A stretch of DNA of 63,442 nt, taken from a virus. Its lineage: Duplodnaviria; Caudoviricetes. The DNA lies in IMG/VR virus record IMGVR_UViG_3300044641_000353, positions 1-63,442 of that record; one strand, written 5' to 3'. Below, one piece after another: positions 19,100 through 27,721 of the stretch; the first letter of the stretch is position 1, and each line of letters opens with the position of its first letter. Position numbers and translations under genes: made by a program. The notes under the pieces were generated by a model. The model made no database searches. It had not been told where the DNA came from and saw only the letters and a program-made list of their open reading frames with translations.

Positions 19100-19500
19100 G
19101 ATCTAACAATGTTATGTTTTTTCTAATGTTACGAGCTAATGTTACGCACGTAACGCCCCGCAACCCGCATGAAACCTAGAAAGTTATAATGTTACGCGTT
19201 TTTCGGAAAGGGGTACGAGTTACGAAAGTTTTGAGGCAGTGACGTTGCTCAGAAGTGCAAAGTGTATTGCGCAAATAATAATTTTGGAGACCACATACCC
19301 TTTCTTAAAAATCACATAACATTATAACATTACATTAAAAAAACATCATTTACAGAGGAGAACCCCGCGTTACGTTTCACGTTACGTTTACCCCAATTTT
19401 CGTTACATTTCCACTATTTCCATAACGCACCCCCGATTGCTTTCATAACACTGCCTACTTTTTAAGCACCCTGCTCACTTCGTAACTTTCGTCACACCCA
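19100..19500. other. Non-coding iteron-like region, candidate replication origin
   Basis: TAATGTTACG x3, CGTTAC(G/A)TTT x3, many TAAC/GTTA half-sites, AT-rich core. Confidence 0.5.
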
Positions 19501-19512
19501 AGACTAAAGAAC

Positions 19513-19541
19513 TTGACTTTGGCATAACTTTGTGGTATAAT
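19513..19541 (+). promoter_or_regulatory. Sigma70 early promoter 2
   Basis: TTGACT-17bp-TATAAT with extended -10. Confidence 0.88.
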
Positions 19542-19630
19542 ATAAGTTAGATGGGATAAAACCATCTAGGGGCAATCCCGCCCATTAGAAGCACCCTAAC
19601 ATTGTTAGGTCAATTAGAAAGGTTAGATGT

Positions 19631-19855
19631 ATGAATGATTGGAAAGAGTGCCGCAACTGCGGTGACGATATACACAGTGAGCGGTGGTCACTAGGCTACC
19701 GAGTCTGCCTATTCTGCGGTGAAGAAGCCGCCCGAGAAGAACGCATGAGTTGGTGCGTAGTCCAAGAATACGGCAAGGGCAACTACCAACTTGTTACACC
19801 TGCCAGCGCAAGAGTAACGCTCAAGCAAACCAACCAAAAAGAACTGCGGGGCTAA
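19631..19855 (+). CDS. DksA/TraR-like C4 zinc-finger protein
   Basis: CRNCGDDI...ER...CLFC. Confidence 0.65.
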   Translation: MNDWKECRNCGDDIHSERWSLGYRVCLFCGEEAAREERMSWCVVQEYGKGNYQLVTPASARVTLKQTNQKELRG

Positions 19856-19857
19856 CA

Positions 19858-19947
19858 ATGTTAACTAGATGGGAGAAACTCGAACGCATTGTTATTTTGT
19901 GTGCTTGCATAGTGCTTGCACTTGACCTACTTTATTGGAGACCATGA
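19858..19947 (+). CDS. 29-aa membrane peptide
   Basis: MLTRWEKLERIVILCACIVLALDLLYWRP; ATG inside the palindrome; ATGA overlap with the next gene. Confidence 0.65.
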   Translation: MLTRWEKLERIVILCACIVLALDLLYWRP

Positions 19948-20459
19948 TGAGACACGAACATTTACCGGCACTGAAGGGCTACACATCCCAAGCCCAATAC
20001 GATGCACTTAAGTCTATTGAAGAAACCAAGTCGATCAAGGCTTTGGTGTTCTCGGGTTCATCAAGTCGCACCCTCGGTGCTTTGGTGCGTAGCGCATGGA
20101 TAAACACTTTCCCCTACGTTGAGGATGGTATCAAGTACGAGGGTTGGTGCGTAACCGATGCGGGTAAGCACGCAATGGCTATGTTTGCCGAGCGACTACG
20201 CTTGCAGAAAATTGAGGATGACAAGAAAGCGCAGAAACTTACCTTGTATCGTGAGTGCGTGTATCACGCATATACGCTAGAGCGTGACACCCGAGCAAAG
20301 CGTGAGGAGCTTGAGCTTGAGTACAAAAAACTAACTGATGAAATAGAAGAAGCCAAGCGCAAAGTTTCTGCGGCTGGCATGTGGCTGAGCAGTCACGACA
20401 AAACCTCTGTGATCTACGCAGTACGAGAGCAACTGAAGGAGCCTAACAATGTTAGCTGA
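19944..20459 (+). CDS. Hypothetical early protein (possible wHTH plus coiled coil)
   Basis: GGAG RBS; VTDAGK wing-like motif. Confidence 0.65.
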   Translation: MMRHEHLPALKGYTSQAQYDALKSIEETKSIKALVFSGSSSRTLGALVRSAWINTFPYVEDGIKYEGWCVTDAGKHAMAMFAERLRLQKIEDDKKAQKLTLYRECVYHAYTLERDTRAKREELELEYKKLTDEIEEAKRKVSAAGMWLSSHDKTSVIYAVREQLKEPNNVS

Positions 20460-20658
20460 GACCTACTACCTTTGCCGAGTGCCTAGTTACGACATTATTG
20501 TTATGTTTAACGAGAGGGACTACCGATACCAACGCGTAGTCGAGAGCCACCTGAACGTGCCTAACGAGGCAAACAACGTGGTGCTACTAGCGCAGGGTAC
20601 AAAGAAACAGATACGAATGTACTACGATTTAATGAAGGAGGATAACAATGTTAGCTAA
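20449..20658 (+). CDS. Hypothetical early protein
   Basis: AAGGAG RBS; ATG inside the palindrome. Confidence 0.7.
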   Translation: MLAETYYLCRVPSYDIIVMFNERDYRYQRVVESHLNVPNEANNVVLLAQGTKKQIRMYYDLMKEDNNVS

Positions 20659-20821
20659 ATTCCTAATGACAGGATGGAGTAACCGCTTTGGCTATTGGGT
20701 GACTGAGGTTGCCGAGGCTAAAGATATAAGCACCGCAAGGGAACGCTTCTGCCTGAAGTACCCCATGCTGAAGAATGTAAAAGCCCTGCGCCTACGCGCA
20801 CCCGCAGAACTAATGGAGTAA
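20648..20821 (+). CDS. 57-aa hypothetical early protein (not in ORF track)
   Basis: AAGGAGG RBS; ATG inside the palindrome; MLAKFLMTGWSNRFGYWVTEV... Confidence 0.7.
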   Translation: MLAKFLMTGWSNRFGYWVTEVAEAKDISTARERFCLKYPMLKNVKALRLRAPAELME

Positions 20822-20823
20822 TC

Positions 20824-21984
20824 ATGAAAGAAAGACAGACGGGGCTCCATGCCTCAACCTATTACTTGCCACGTATCCGTAGCCACGCAGATGCAAAGGC
20901 ACGCCTCAAGAAAACCAAGCCGATCAGAGGTCGCACGCCTACCAACAACAAATGGGGTGGAACAGTCAACGCTTGCACCCCATTGGGTAGACGCGAGGAC
21001 ATTGACACATACTCAATCCGCGAGGGTGAGAATGGGAATATCGAATTGATTTGCTATACGCGAGCAGTGATAACGTATACGCCCGACAACAAAATCATAC
21101 TCACGCCTCACTTCATGGGACTGATGGAGTCAGGGATGATCGGTCGGGTGCTAGATATACCTGCTTGGCTAGACCGCAAGAAGATCGGCATCATCCTTGA
21201 TGGTGAACGCCATGTGCTTAAACAGAACGGCTCGCTCACATTAAGTTGTGAAGGCGAGTGCCTGAGTGTGGACAGCAAAGAGACCATCTACTCGTACTAC
21301 GTTAACCGCAAGGCATCTAACATTGTTAGGTCTCAATACTCGGAGTTCATCAAGTATTGCAATGGCTTTCTCCAACTGCGCAAGGACATGGACACCAACG
21401 AGATCTCAATATCTCTAACTGAGATTGCCGACTGCATTGGTTACGAATATAGCGAGCAAACGGCATGGCGTAACATAAAGCCGGTGGGCAAAGAGACTGT
21501 GTGGAAGCCCGACCTCAAGCATGCGAGGCACATCGAGTTCAAGCCACAAGGCACAAGGTGTTTGGGGTTGGTGCGAAACAATGCAGTAGAAGGGGACAAG
21601 GCAAACCCAGAGGAGACCCTGTGGTCTGCATACGCTAGGCAGTGCAAGAGTTTTATGGCAGCGATCAGCAACAATCAGGCGGAAGATGGGAAGGTCGACA
21701 ACTATTACCGCATGACCCTAACATTGTTAGGTATGGCGATGCCGTACATACACAGAGCGCCAAAGGAAGGAGAGGATGTGGTTGTGGATATACCCGTAAG
21801 TGCAGTTGATCGCTTGCTGACCAAGATCATGTTGCAGTGGCATAGCGAGGAGATGTTGGAGAGCAGACCACTCAAACCGAATCAGTTGCCCAACGACAAG
21901 TACGATTTGTACATAACAAGGATGCCGACAACGGAGGAGATTGATCGGATACAAAAAGCAACCGACAGGTTGATAATTCTTTAG
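20824..21984 (+). CDS. Hypothetical early protein (386 aa)
   Basis: Long ORF with GGAG RBS; no family recognised. Confidence 0.8.
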   Translation: MKERQTGLHASTYYLPRIRSHADAKARLKKTKPIRGRTPTNNKWGGTVNACTPLGRREDIDTYSIREGENGNIELICYTRAVITYTPDNKIILTPHFMGLMESGMIGRVLDIPAWLDRKKIGIILDGERHVLKQNGSLTLSCEGECLSVDSKETIYSYYVNRKASNIVRSQYSEFIKYCNGFLQLRKDMDTNEISISLTEIADCIGYEYSEQTAWRNIKPVGKETVWKPDLKHARHIEFKPQGTRCLGLVRNNAVEGDKANPEETLWSAYARQCKSFMAAISNNQAEDGKVDNYYRMTLTLLGMAMPYIHRAPKEGEDVVVDIPVSAVDRLLTKIMLQWHSEEMLESRPLKPNQLPNDKYDLYITRMPTTEEIDRIQKATDRLIIL

Positions 21985-22005
21985 TCAGACCCATGACGAA
22001 AGGAC

Positions 22006-22034
22006 TTGACTTTACCATAACATTGTGGTATAAT
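22006..22034 (+). promoter_or_regulatory. Sigma70 early promoter 3
   Basis: TTGACT-17bp-TATAAT, near-identical to promoter 2. Confidence 0.88.
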
Positions 22035-22170
22035 ATAAGCTGATGTGGGGTAGTTGTACCCATATCAGAGAAGTAGCAGTTGAAATCATTGTTAAACACC
22101 CGTGTATCTCACTTCATCAAAGAACTCGGGAACTCGCCTAACAATGTTAGGCACATCAGAAAGGTTAGAT

Positions 22171-23247
22171 ATGTCAGAGATCAAATTCGGTAAATCAATT
22201 ACCCTTAAACAAGCCGCGAACCTGATTCGCACCAATCCTACTACGCGCTTTCTCCTACAAGGTGAGCCGGGTATCGGCAAGTCTTCCCTATTGGAGAGTA
22301 TTGCTAACGGCTTGGGCTACGAGTACGCATACATAGACGTGCCGAACATGGACTTGGGCGACATTGCCATGCCTGTGATCGACCACGATACCAAGACCAC
22401 TAGGTATTACCCTAATGCTAGGTTCAAGATTCATGAAGGCAAACCCCTTGTCATCATGCTTGACGAATTTTCAAAGGGCGCAGACCCCGTGAAGAACATG
22501 CTTCACCCTATGCTAGAGAAGGCAAACCCTAGACTAGGTGACATTCCACTACCGACCGATGGAGACAGACAGACCATTGTCTTTCTTACTGGTAACCTTT
22601 CAACAGACGGCGTGGGCGATAACCTGAAAGCGCATAGCCGTAACCGACTGGTTCCCGTAACGATCAGCAAACCCGATGCCGAGCAGTGGATTGAGTGGGC
22701 TATTGGTAAAGGTATCGAGCCCGAGGTGATTGCGTGGGTCAACCGATTCCCTCATGCAATGGCTAGCTACACAGACGCAGGGCAAGGCGACAACCCCTAC
22801 ATCTTTAACCCTAAGAACTCTCAGAAGGCGTTCGTGTCTCCACGTTCTCTAGAAACTGCATCTAACATTGTTAGGTCACGCAAAGACAACGACCCTGAGA
22901 CTGTGATTGCGGCTTTGTCAGGTGCGGTGGGTGAGTCAGCCGCTCGGGATATGCAGGCATACATTGAGTTCTCAGATCAGTTGCCGACATGGGAGTCAAC
23001 GATCACGCATCCCAAGACAACGGCAATACCTACGTCAGCGGGTGCTTGTGCCATTGTGGTATTCGGTGCGATTGCTCGGGTAGATAAGACAACGATTGCC
23101 CCATTCATGGAGTACTTACAACGATTCGATGCAGAGTGGCAAGCGGTGTTCGCTATCAACATTGCCAAGACACCAAGCAAACAGAGCATTGCGTTTAGTT
23201 GCAAGGCGTTCGCTGATTGGGTGGCTAAGAACCATGACCTTCTCTAG
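22171..23247 (+). CDS. MoxR/dynein-related AAA+ ATPase
   Basis: Walker A GEPGIGKS, Walker B IMLDE, SPRS sensor 2; start reassigned to MSEIKF at 22171. Confidence 0.85.
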   Translation: MSEIKFGKSITLKQAANLIRTNPTTRFLLQGEPGIGKSSLLESIANGLGYEYAYIDVPNMDLGDIAMPVIDHDTKTTRYYPNARFKIHEGKPLVIMLDEFSKGADPVKNMLHPMLEKANPRLGDIPLPTDGDRQTIVFLTGNLSTDGVGDNLKAHSRNRLVPVTISKPDAEQWIEWAIGKGIEPEVIAWVNRFPHAMASYTDAGQGDNPYIFNPKNSQKAFVSPRSLETASNIVRSRKDNDPETVIAALSGAVGESAARDMQAYIEFSDQLPTWESTITHPKTTAIPTSAGACAIVVFGAIARVDKTTIAPFMEYLQRFDAEWQAVFAINIAKTPSKQSIAFSCKAFADWVAKNHDLL

Positions 23248-23482
23248 GATTGGTAACGCATTTGTGCGTAGGCAGACGACAGTAGAGTTGAGTGAGCATG
23301 ACCCAAAGTTTAGGTCACCCGCTCGACTTTACTACACAGGCAAGTATGAATTGGTTGACGCTAAGGATTATCCAAGTGCATTTAGGGAAACCCAAAGAGT
23401 TATATCAATACATGACACGTTTGAAGAGGCGAAGTTATTTGCCGACATGATTAACAAGCAACGACATTTAGAAGGAACCTAA
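23231..23482 (+). CDS. Hypothetical protein
   Basis: 3' part of ORF 23096..23482; the likely start is the internal Met of MTFSRIG (start coordinate approximate). Confidence 0.45.
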   Translation, partial: TMTFSRIGNAFVRRQTTVELSEHDPKFRSPARLYYTGKYELVDAKDYPSAFRETQRVISIHDTFEEAKLFADMINKQRHLEGT

Positions 23483-23484
23483 CA

Positions 23485-24675
23485 ATGTTAGAAGAACGTA
23501 AATTGCAGAAAGCCAAGATCACGCTCATGCGTAATCCTAAGTTCGCCTTACTCCAAGGTGTGATGATGGTTGGTCGTACTAGCGTAGCGGATGACGTACC
23601 CACTGCATGCACCAATGGCAGGGATGAGAAGTATGGGCGTAAGTTTGTGGGGATGCTGACCGATAAGGAACTGGCATTTGTTGTGGCACATGAGGTGTCG
23701 CACAAAATGTATCGGCATTTGACCACATGGCGTAAGTTACATGACGAGGATGCGAGCCGTGCCAACAGTGCTTGTGACTACGTTATTAACTACATGCTCC
23801 ATGAACTCGACCCCAACGAGGATGTGATTGCCATGCCTAGGTTTAAGGATGGGGCGAAGAAGGGTGAGCGCATGGGACTGTACGACCCACAGTACAAGGG
23901 CATGAACTCTAAGCAGATATTCGACTTACTCAAAGATGAACAAGGCGGGGGCGGTCAGGGTGGTGATGGGCTTGATGAGCATGATTGGGATGGTGCAAAA
24001 GGCATGACCGAGGAGGAGAAGAAAACCCTTGAGCGTGAGATCGACCAAGCTATTCGTCAGGGTGTCATGGCACATGAGAAGGCACATGGCAAAGGTGCGG
24101 GTGGTATCGGGCGTGAGATTGATGAACACTTGCAACCCAAAATCAACTGGCGTGAGGAACTACGTGAGTATGTGAAAGCTACATGCCACAACAAGGACAC
24201 ATCGTCATGGCGCAGGGTCAACCGCAGATACTTATCTAGCGGTACGTATATGCCGAGCATGATCGGTGAGAAGGTTGGACACATCGTAGTAGCCATAGAT
24301 ACATCGGGCTCCATCGGTGGGCGTGAGCTTGACGAATTCTTAGCCGAGGTGAAAGGCGTGGCAGAAGAAGTCAACCCCGAGATGGTGGACTTGATCTATT
24401 GGGATGGTGATGTAGCGGGGCATGAGAAGTATGAGGGTGCGGAAGTATCTAACATTGTTAGCTCGACCAAACCCAAGGGTGGTGGAGGCACTGACCCTAG
24501 TTGCGTATCTCAATACTTGCGTGACGAGGCTATCAAGCCCGAGTGCATCATCGTGTTGACCGATGGCTATGTACCCAACTGGGGTAGCGAATGGACTGCA
24601 CCGACTATGTGGGTAATCACAGGAGGCAACGATGCGGTTTCTGACAATGGCAGAACGATTCATATTCAAGATTAA
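23485..24675 (+). CDS. HExxH metallopeptidase-like plus VWA domain protein (DUF2201-like)
   Basis: HEVSH, MIDAS DTSGS, GGGGT, LTDG; paired with the AAA+ gene. Confidence 0.85.
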   Translation: MLEERKLQKAKITLMRNPKFALLQGVMMVGRTSVADDVPTACTNGRDEKYGRKFVGMLTDKELAFVVAHEVSHKMYRHLTTWRKLHDEDASRANSACDYVINYMLHELDPNEDVIAMPRFKDGAKKGERMGLYDPQYKGMNSKQIFDLLKDEQGGGGQGGDGLDEHDWDGAKGMTEEEKKTLEREIDQAIRQGVMAHEKAHGKGAGGIGREIDEHLQPKINWREELREYVKATCHNKDTSSWRRVNRRYLSSGTYMPSMIGEKVGHIVVAIDTSGSIGGRELDEFLAEVKGVAEEVNPEMVDLIYWDGDVAGHEKYEGAEVSNIVSSTKPKGGGGTDPSCVSQYLRDEAIKPECIIVLTDGYVPNWGSEWTAPTMWVITGGNDAVSDNGRTIHIQD

Positions 24676-24685
24676 GGGAGGCAAC

Positions 24686-24931
24686 ATGGTAATAGTAGAC
24701 ATTGGATACAAGAAGTACATCATGCCCAAAGAGAAAGCCATGCAGTTAGTGGAAGTCTTAGAGAGCGCAGAGATATACGAAGAGAAGTATTGGAGTGAGG
24801 ACAGGCGCAAAGAGTTGGGCATGACTGAGACGTACACCTACCATGTGTATGCGAACGAAGCCAACTTCAGTATGCAGATCATAGGCGACAGTAAATATCA
24901 AATGGCTAGATTAGCCGGTAAACCAATTTAA
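24686..24931 (+). CDS. Hypothetical protein
   Basis: Start reassigned to ATG 24686 after AAGGGAGG. Confidence 0.7.
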   Translation: MVIVDIGYKKYIMPKEKAMQLVEVLESAEIYEEKYWSEDRRKELGMTETYTYHVYANEANFSMQIIGDSKYQMARLAGKPI

Positions 24932-24941
24932 GGAGAATGAA

Positions 24942-25790
24942 ATGAGTATTAGTGCATCAGCAGTGTTAGTGGAATTGAACATCAGCGTGTGGCCTGCGTC
25001 AAAGCTAGACCGCGATACAACGGCACAAGTGAATACTGACGCATCAGCAGTCGTAGACGCAGCGCGTGTCCACAAGAACCTATTCGCAGGTACTAACTTG
25101 CGTAAAGAGATCGAGAACTTTGCCGCCAAGGTTAGGCTCTATCACAATCAGCGAACGCTACCATGGGCAGACAAGGGCGAGCGTATGTTGCCGACCGCCT
25201 TGTTTATGGAGTACAAGCAAACCATGAACGCATACGAGCAGACGTTCAATGCAATGTGTGGCTCATTCTTTCACGCATATCCTGAGCTAGTGAAGGATGC
25301 ACCTACGCACCTAGGCAAGATGCACAGAGCCGAGGACTATCCCGAGCTTGAGGATGTGAAGCTGAAGTTTGGGTTTCGTAGAACAGTCAAGCCTGTACCG
25401 GAGGCGGGTGACTTTCGCTTAGACATACCTGCGAATGACTTAGCCGAGATGCAAGCAGAGTTCAGCGCACAACAAGACAACAAGCTAGCTGACGCTATGC
25501 GTGAGCCATGGGAGCGGTTACATGAAATGCTAGTAGGCATGTCTAAGAAACTCGACGACACATCGGGTGGTAAGAAGCGATACCACGACACACTGGTGAG
25601 CAACCCGCTAGAGCTTTGCTCATTGCTTACTAAGATGAACATCACCAACGACCCCAAGTTGGAGGAAGCACGCAAGGAACTAGAGCTAACAATGTTAGGT
25701 ACTAACATAGAAGCAATCAAGGAAGACGAGCATCATCGCACCGAGGTGAAAGCCAAGGTAGATGCAATCATTAAAAAGTTTGAATGGTAA
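24942..25790 (+). CDS. Conserved helical phage protein (DUF3150-like)
   Basis: LVELNISVW...TLPW...LNITNDP-like pattern; AAGGAG RBS. Confidence 0.65.
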   Translation: MSISASAVLVELNISVWPASKLDRDTTAQVNTDASAVVDAARVHKNLFAGTNLRKEIENFAAKVRLYHNQRTLPWADKGERMLPTALFMEYKQTMNAYEQTFNAMCGSFFHAYPELVKDAPTHLGKMHRAEDYPELEDVKLKFGFRRTVKPVPEAGDFRLDIPANDLAEMQAEFSAQQDNKLADAMREPWERLHEMLVGMSKKLDDTSGGKKRYHDTLVSNPLELCSLLTKMNITNDPKLEEARKELELTMLGTNIEAIKEDEHHRTEVKAKVDAIIKKFEW

Positions 25791-25800
25791 GGAGTAGATC

Positions 25801-26688
25801 ATGGATGCAAGCACAGCAATGACATTGAGTAACGTCACCATTAGCGAGAAGCTATTGAATGGTAGGCGTAAGACCGACTTTGATTTCGTAGTGGAGAAAC
25901 CCCTGCACGAGATCATGTGGAAGGTCATCACCGAGAACCCATCATGGGAGTTCAAGGTACAGGAATACTATGGACAAGTTAAGAGTGAGACCATGGACAC
26001 ACGCCCACGGATCACAGTTTCTAAGTTCGCAGTATTCAAAGATGGAGAAGAGATTGGCAAGATCGACCGAGACTACCGCTACGATCAGGGTGGGCATGTG
26101 TTCTCTATCACTAGCAATGCGATCAGGAATGAGCGTGAGCGTATAAGTTCGTATCGCACTAAGGATGCTAAGAAAGCCCTAGCCGCTATCAAGAAAACAT
26201 TCAGTAACAAGAGTGTAGGCGAGCGTGTGAATGAAGCGTTGGCAGAAGCTGTTCGCGTTGTTGGTAGACAAGTTAGTCAAAAGCGCAGTAACCATGGGAG
26301 TGCTTTGCATAGCCTGATACCACTTATGAAAACATTTGCGTTCATTGAGAACAACGATGAGTTTAGGCAGTACGCAGTGAACAACGGACAAGCCCATCAG
26401 CTAGTGAAGTTGCGGGAAACGGAAGCCGAGATGCTTACTGTTACTGACATAGAAAGCAAGTTTAAATCAGACAAGGGTACGAGCCTAGTCTTGCTATCTA
26501 GTGGAAAGTACTTAGTTAAAACAGGTGACGATATACAACTTTACGATGATAATACGCTCCCACTTGACATGAGAGGTAAGTTGGGTATGTTGAAATTAGT
26601 AGAGCCTGAGCAGATGATTGAAGGTGTGGGTTGCCGAGCCACTACCGAGGTCTTTGTCTTACTTACCGCAGAGCGGGAACTGGCATAG
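25801..26688 (+). CDS. Hypothetical protein
   Basis: Long ORF with AAGGAG RBS. Confidence 0.8.
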   Translation: MDASTAMTLSNVTISEKLLNGRRKTDFDFVVEKPLHEIMWKVITENPSWEFKVQEYYGQVKSETMDTRPRITVSKFAVFKDGEEIGKIDRDYRYDQGGHVFSITSNAIRNERERISSYRTKDAKKALAAIKKTFSNKSVGERVNEALAEAVRVVGRQVSQKRSNHGSALHSLIPLMKTFAFIENNDEFRQYAVNNGQAHQLVKLRETEAEMLTVTDIESKFKSDKGTSLVLLSSGKYLVKTGDDIQLYDDNTLPLDMRGKLGMLKLVEPEQMIEGVGCRATTEVFVLLTAERELA

Positions 26689-26720
26689 TGAAACAGGCTA
26701 ACAATGTTAGGAGAATCTAA

Positions 26721-26888
26721 ATGAAAGACGAAATGAAATACCAATCCAAAGTAATCCCCTTGCGGGGTTACGACCACCCCAAATTTAAATGGGTTAACTC
26801 TGCACAAACCGATATACGTAGAACGTGGCGTAAAGCAAGACTACTTATTCGCTTAACCAATGGGGCCGCTTATGAAAGCCGTACTTGA
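26721..26888 (+). CDS. 55-aa hypothetical protein (not in ORF track)
   Basis: AGGAG RBS; MKDEMKYQSK...FKWVNSAQTDIRRTWRKAR. Confidence 0.65.
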   Translation: MKDEMKYQSKVIPLRGYDHPKFKWVNSAQTDIRRTWRKARLLIRLTNGAAYESRT

Positions 26889-27054
26889 GTTTCAGTATCC
26901 GGAAGACGAGTACAAGCTAGAGCATGCACTAAAGGGTACGCAGTACTACGACGCATTGTGTGAGATAGACATAATACTTGCCGCTCCGTATACCAAAGCA
27001 GACGCATACGGCAGGATTAAGAAAGTAATTTTAGAAGTATTGGGGGACACATGA
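26872..27054 (+). CDS. Hypothetical protein
   Basis: MKAVLEFQYPEDE; start reassigned. Confidence 0.65.
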   Translation: MKAVLEFQYPEDEYKLEHALKGTQYYDALCEIDIILAAPYTKADAYGRIKKVILEVLGDT

Positions 27055-27272
27055 GAGGCACTGGATTTGGAAATGTTCTTGCGGGCAACATTGCGGCTCT
27101 CAAAGGACAGAAAAGAAACGAAAAACGCATGAGCCAAAAATGGAAAATGTGTTGGAAATGCCAAAAAGACAAAAGCCCTAATGGTGGGTTTCTCCGAATA
27201 ACTGCGGGGTTACACAAATTTATTTGCAAGGATTGTATGGATGCTAAACAAAAGAAATTGGAGGATGTATGA
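27051..27272 (+). CDS. Small Zn-finger protein
   Basis: CWKC...CKDC. Confidence 0.65.
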   Translation: MRGTGFGNVLAGNIAALKGQKRNEKRMSQKWKMCWKCQKDKSPNGGFLRITAGLHKFICKDCMDAKQKKLEDV

Positions 27273-27445
27273 AAGAAGATGACGATGACATTCAGGAGTA
27301 CGTTAGCACGAAGCAAGTGAACGAGGTCTACGAGAAGATACGCAACAACACGCTAGAAGAAGTAGCGCAAGAGTTTGACAAGATGAAAGCCTTTGGTGAT
27401 ACGTCAGCATCCTTTGCAGTATACGTACGGGGGATGAAAAGATAA
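27269..27445 (+). CDS. 58-aa hypothetical protein (not in ORF track)
   Basis: GGAGG RBS, ATGA overlap; MKEDDDDIQEY...RNNTLEEVA. Confidence 0.7.
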   Translation: MKEDDDDIQEYVSTKQVNEVYEKIRNNTLEEVAQEFDKMKAFGDTSASFAVYVRGMKR

Positions 27446-27705
27446 TGCCAAGACCAAAACCGCCTGAGCCACTTAAAGGTCGCAACATGCGAATGTCTGA
27501 TATTGAGTGGCTTATGTTTATAGAATTAGGAGGAGCCGAATGGCTAAGAAAACATGTTAAGCAAAAAGCAAAGTACCCAAAAGGATACTACGAAGCCCTT
27601 GCCAAACAAGGTGCTGACTCAAGAAGAGCTAATGGCGTGGTGGCCGTTCACACGACTAGACCCGAAGCGATTCCCCAAGCTAAAGAAACCACAACAGGAT
27701 TATGA
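27445..27705 (+). CDS. Ribbon-helix-helix-like DNA-binding protein
   Basis: MPRPK...RNMRMSD...LGGAEWLRK. Confidence 0.55.
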   Translation: MPRPKPPEPLKGRNMRMSDIEWLMFIELGGAEWLRKHVKQKAKYPKGYYEALAKQGADSRRANGVVAVHTTRPEAIPQAKETTTGL

Positions 27706-27721
27706 GGAGGCAACATTTTGA
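27554..27721 (+). CDS. Overlapping 55-aa ORF containing WWPFTRLDPK
   Basis: Open from ATG 27554 to TGA 27721; its stop overlaps the next TTG start. Confidence 0.45.
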   Translation: MLSKKQSTQKDTTKPLPNKVLTQEELMAWWPFTRLDPKRFPKLKKPQQDYEEATF

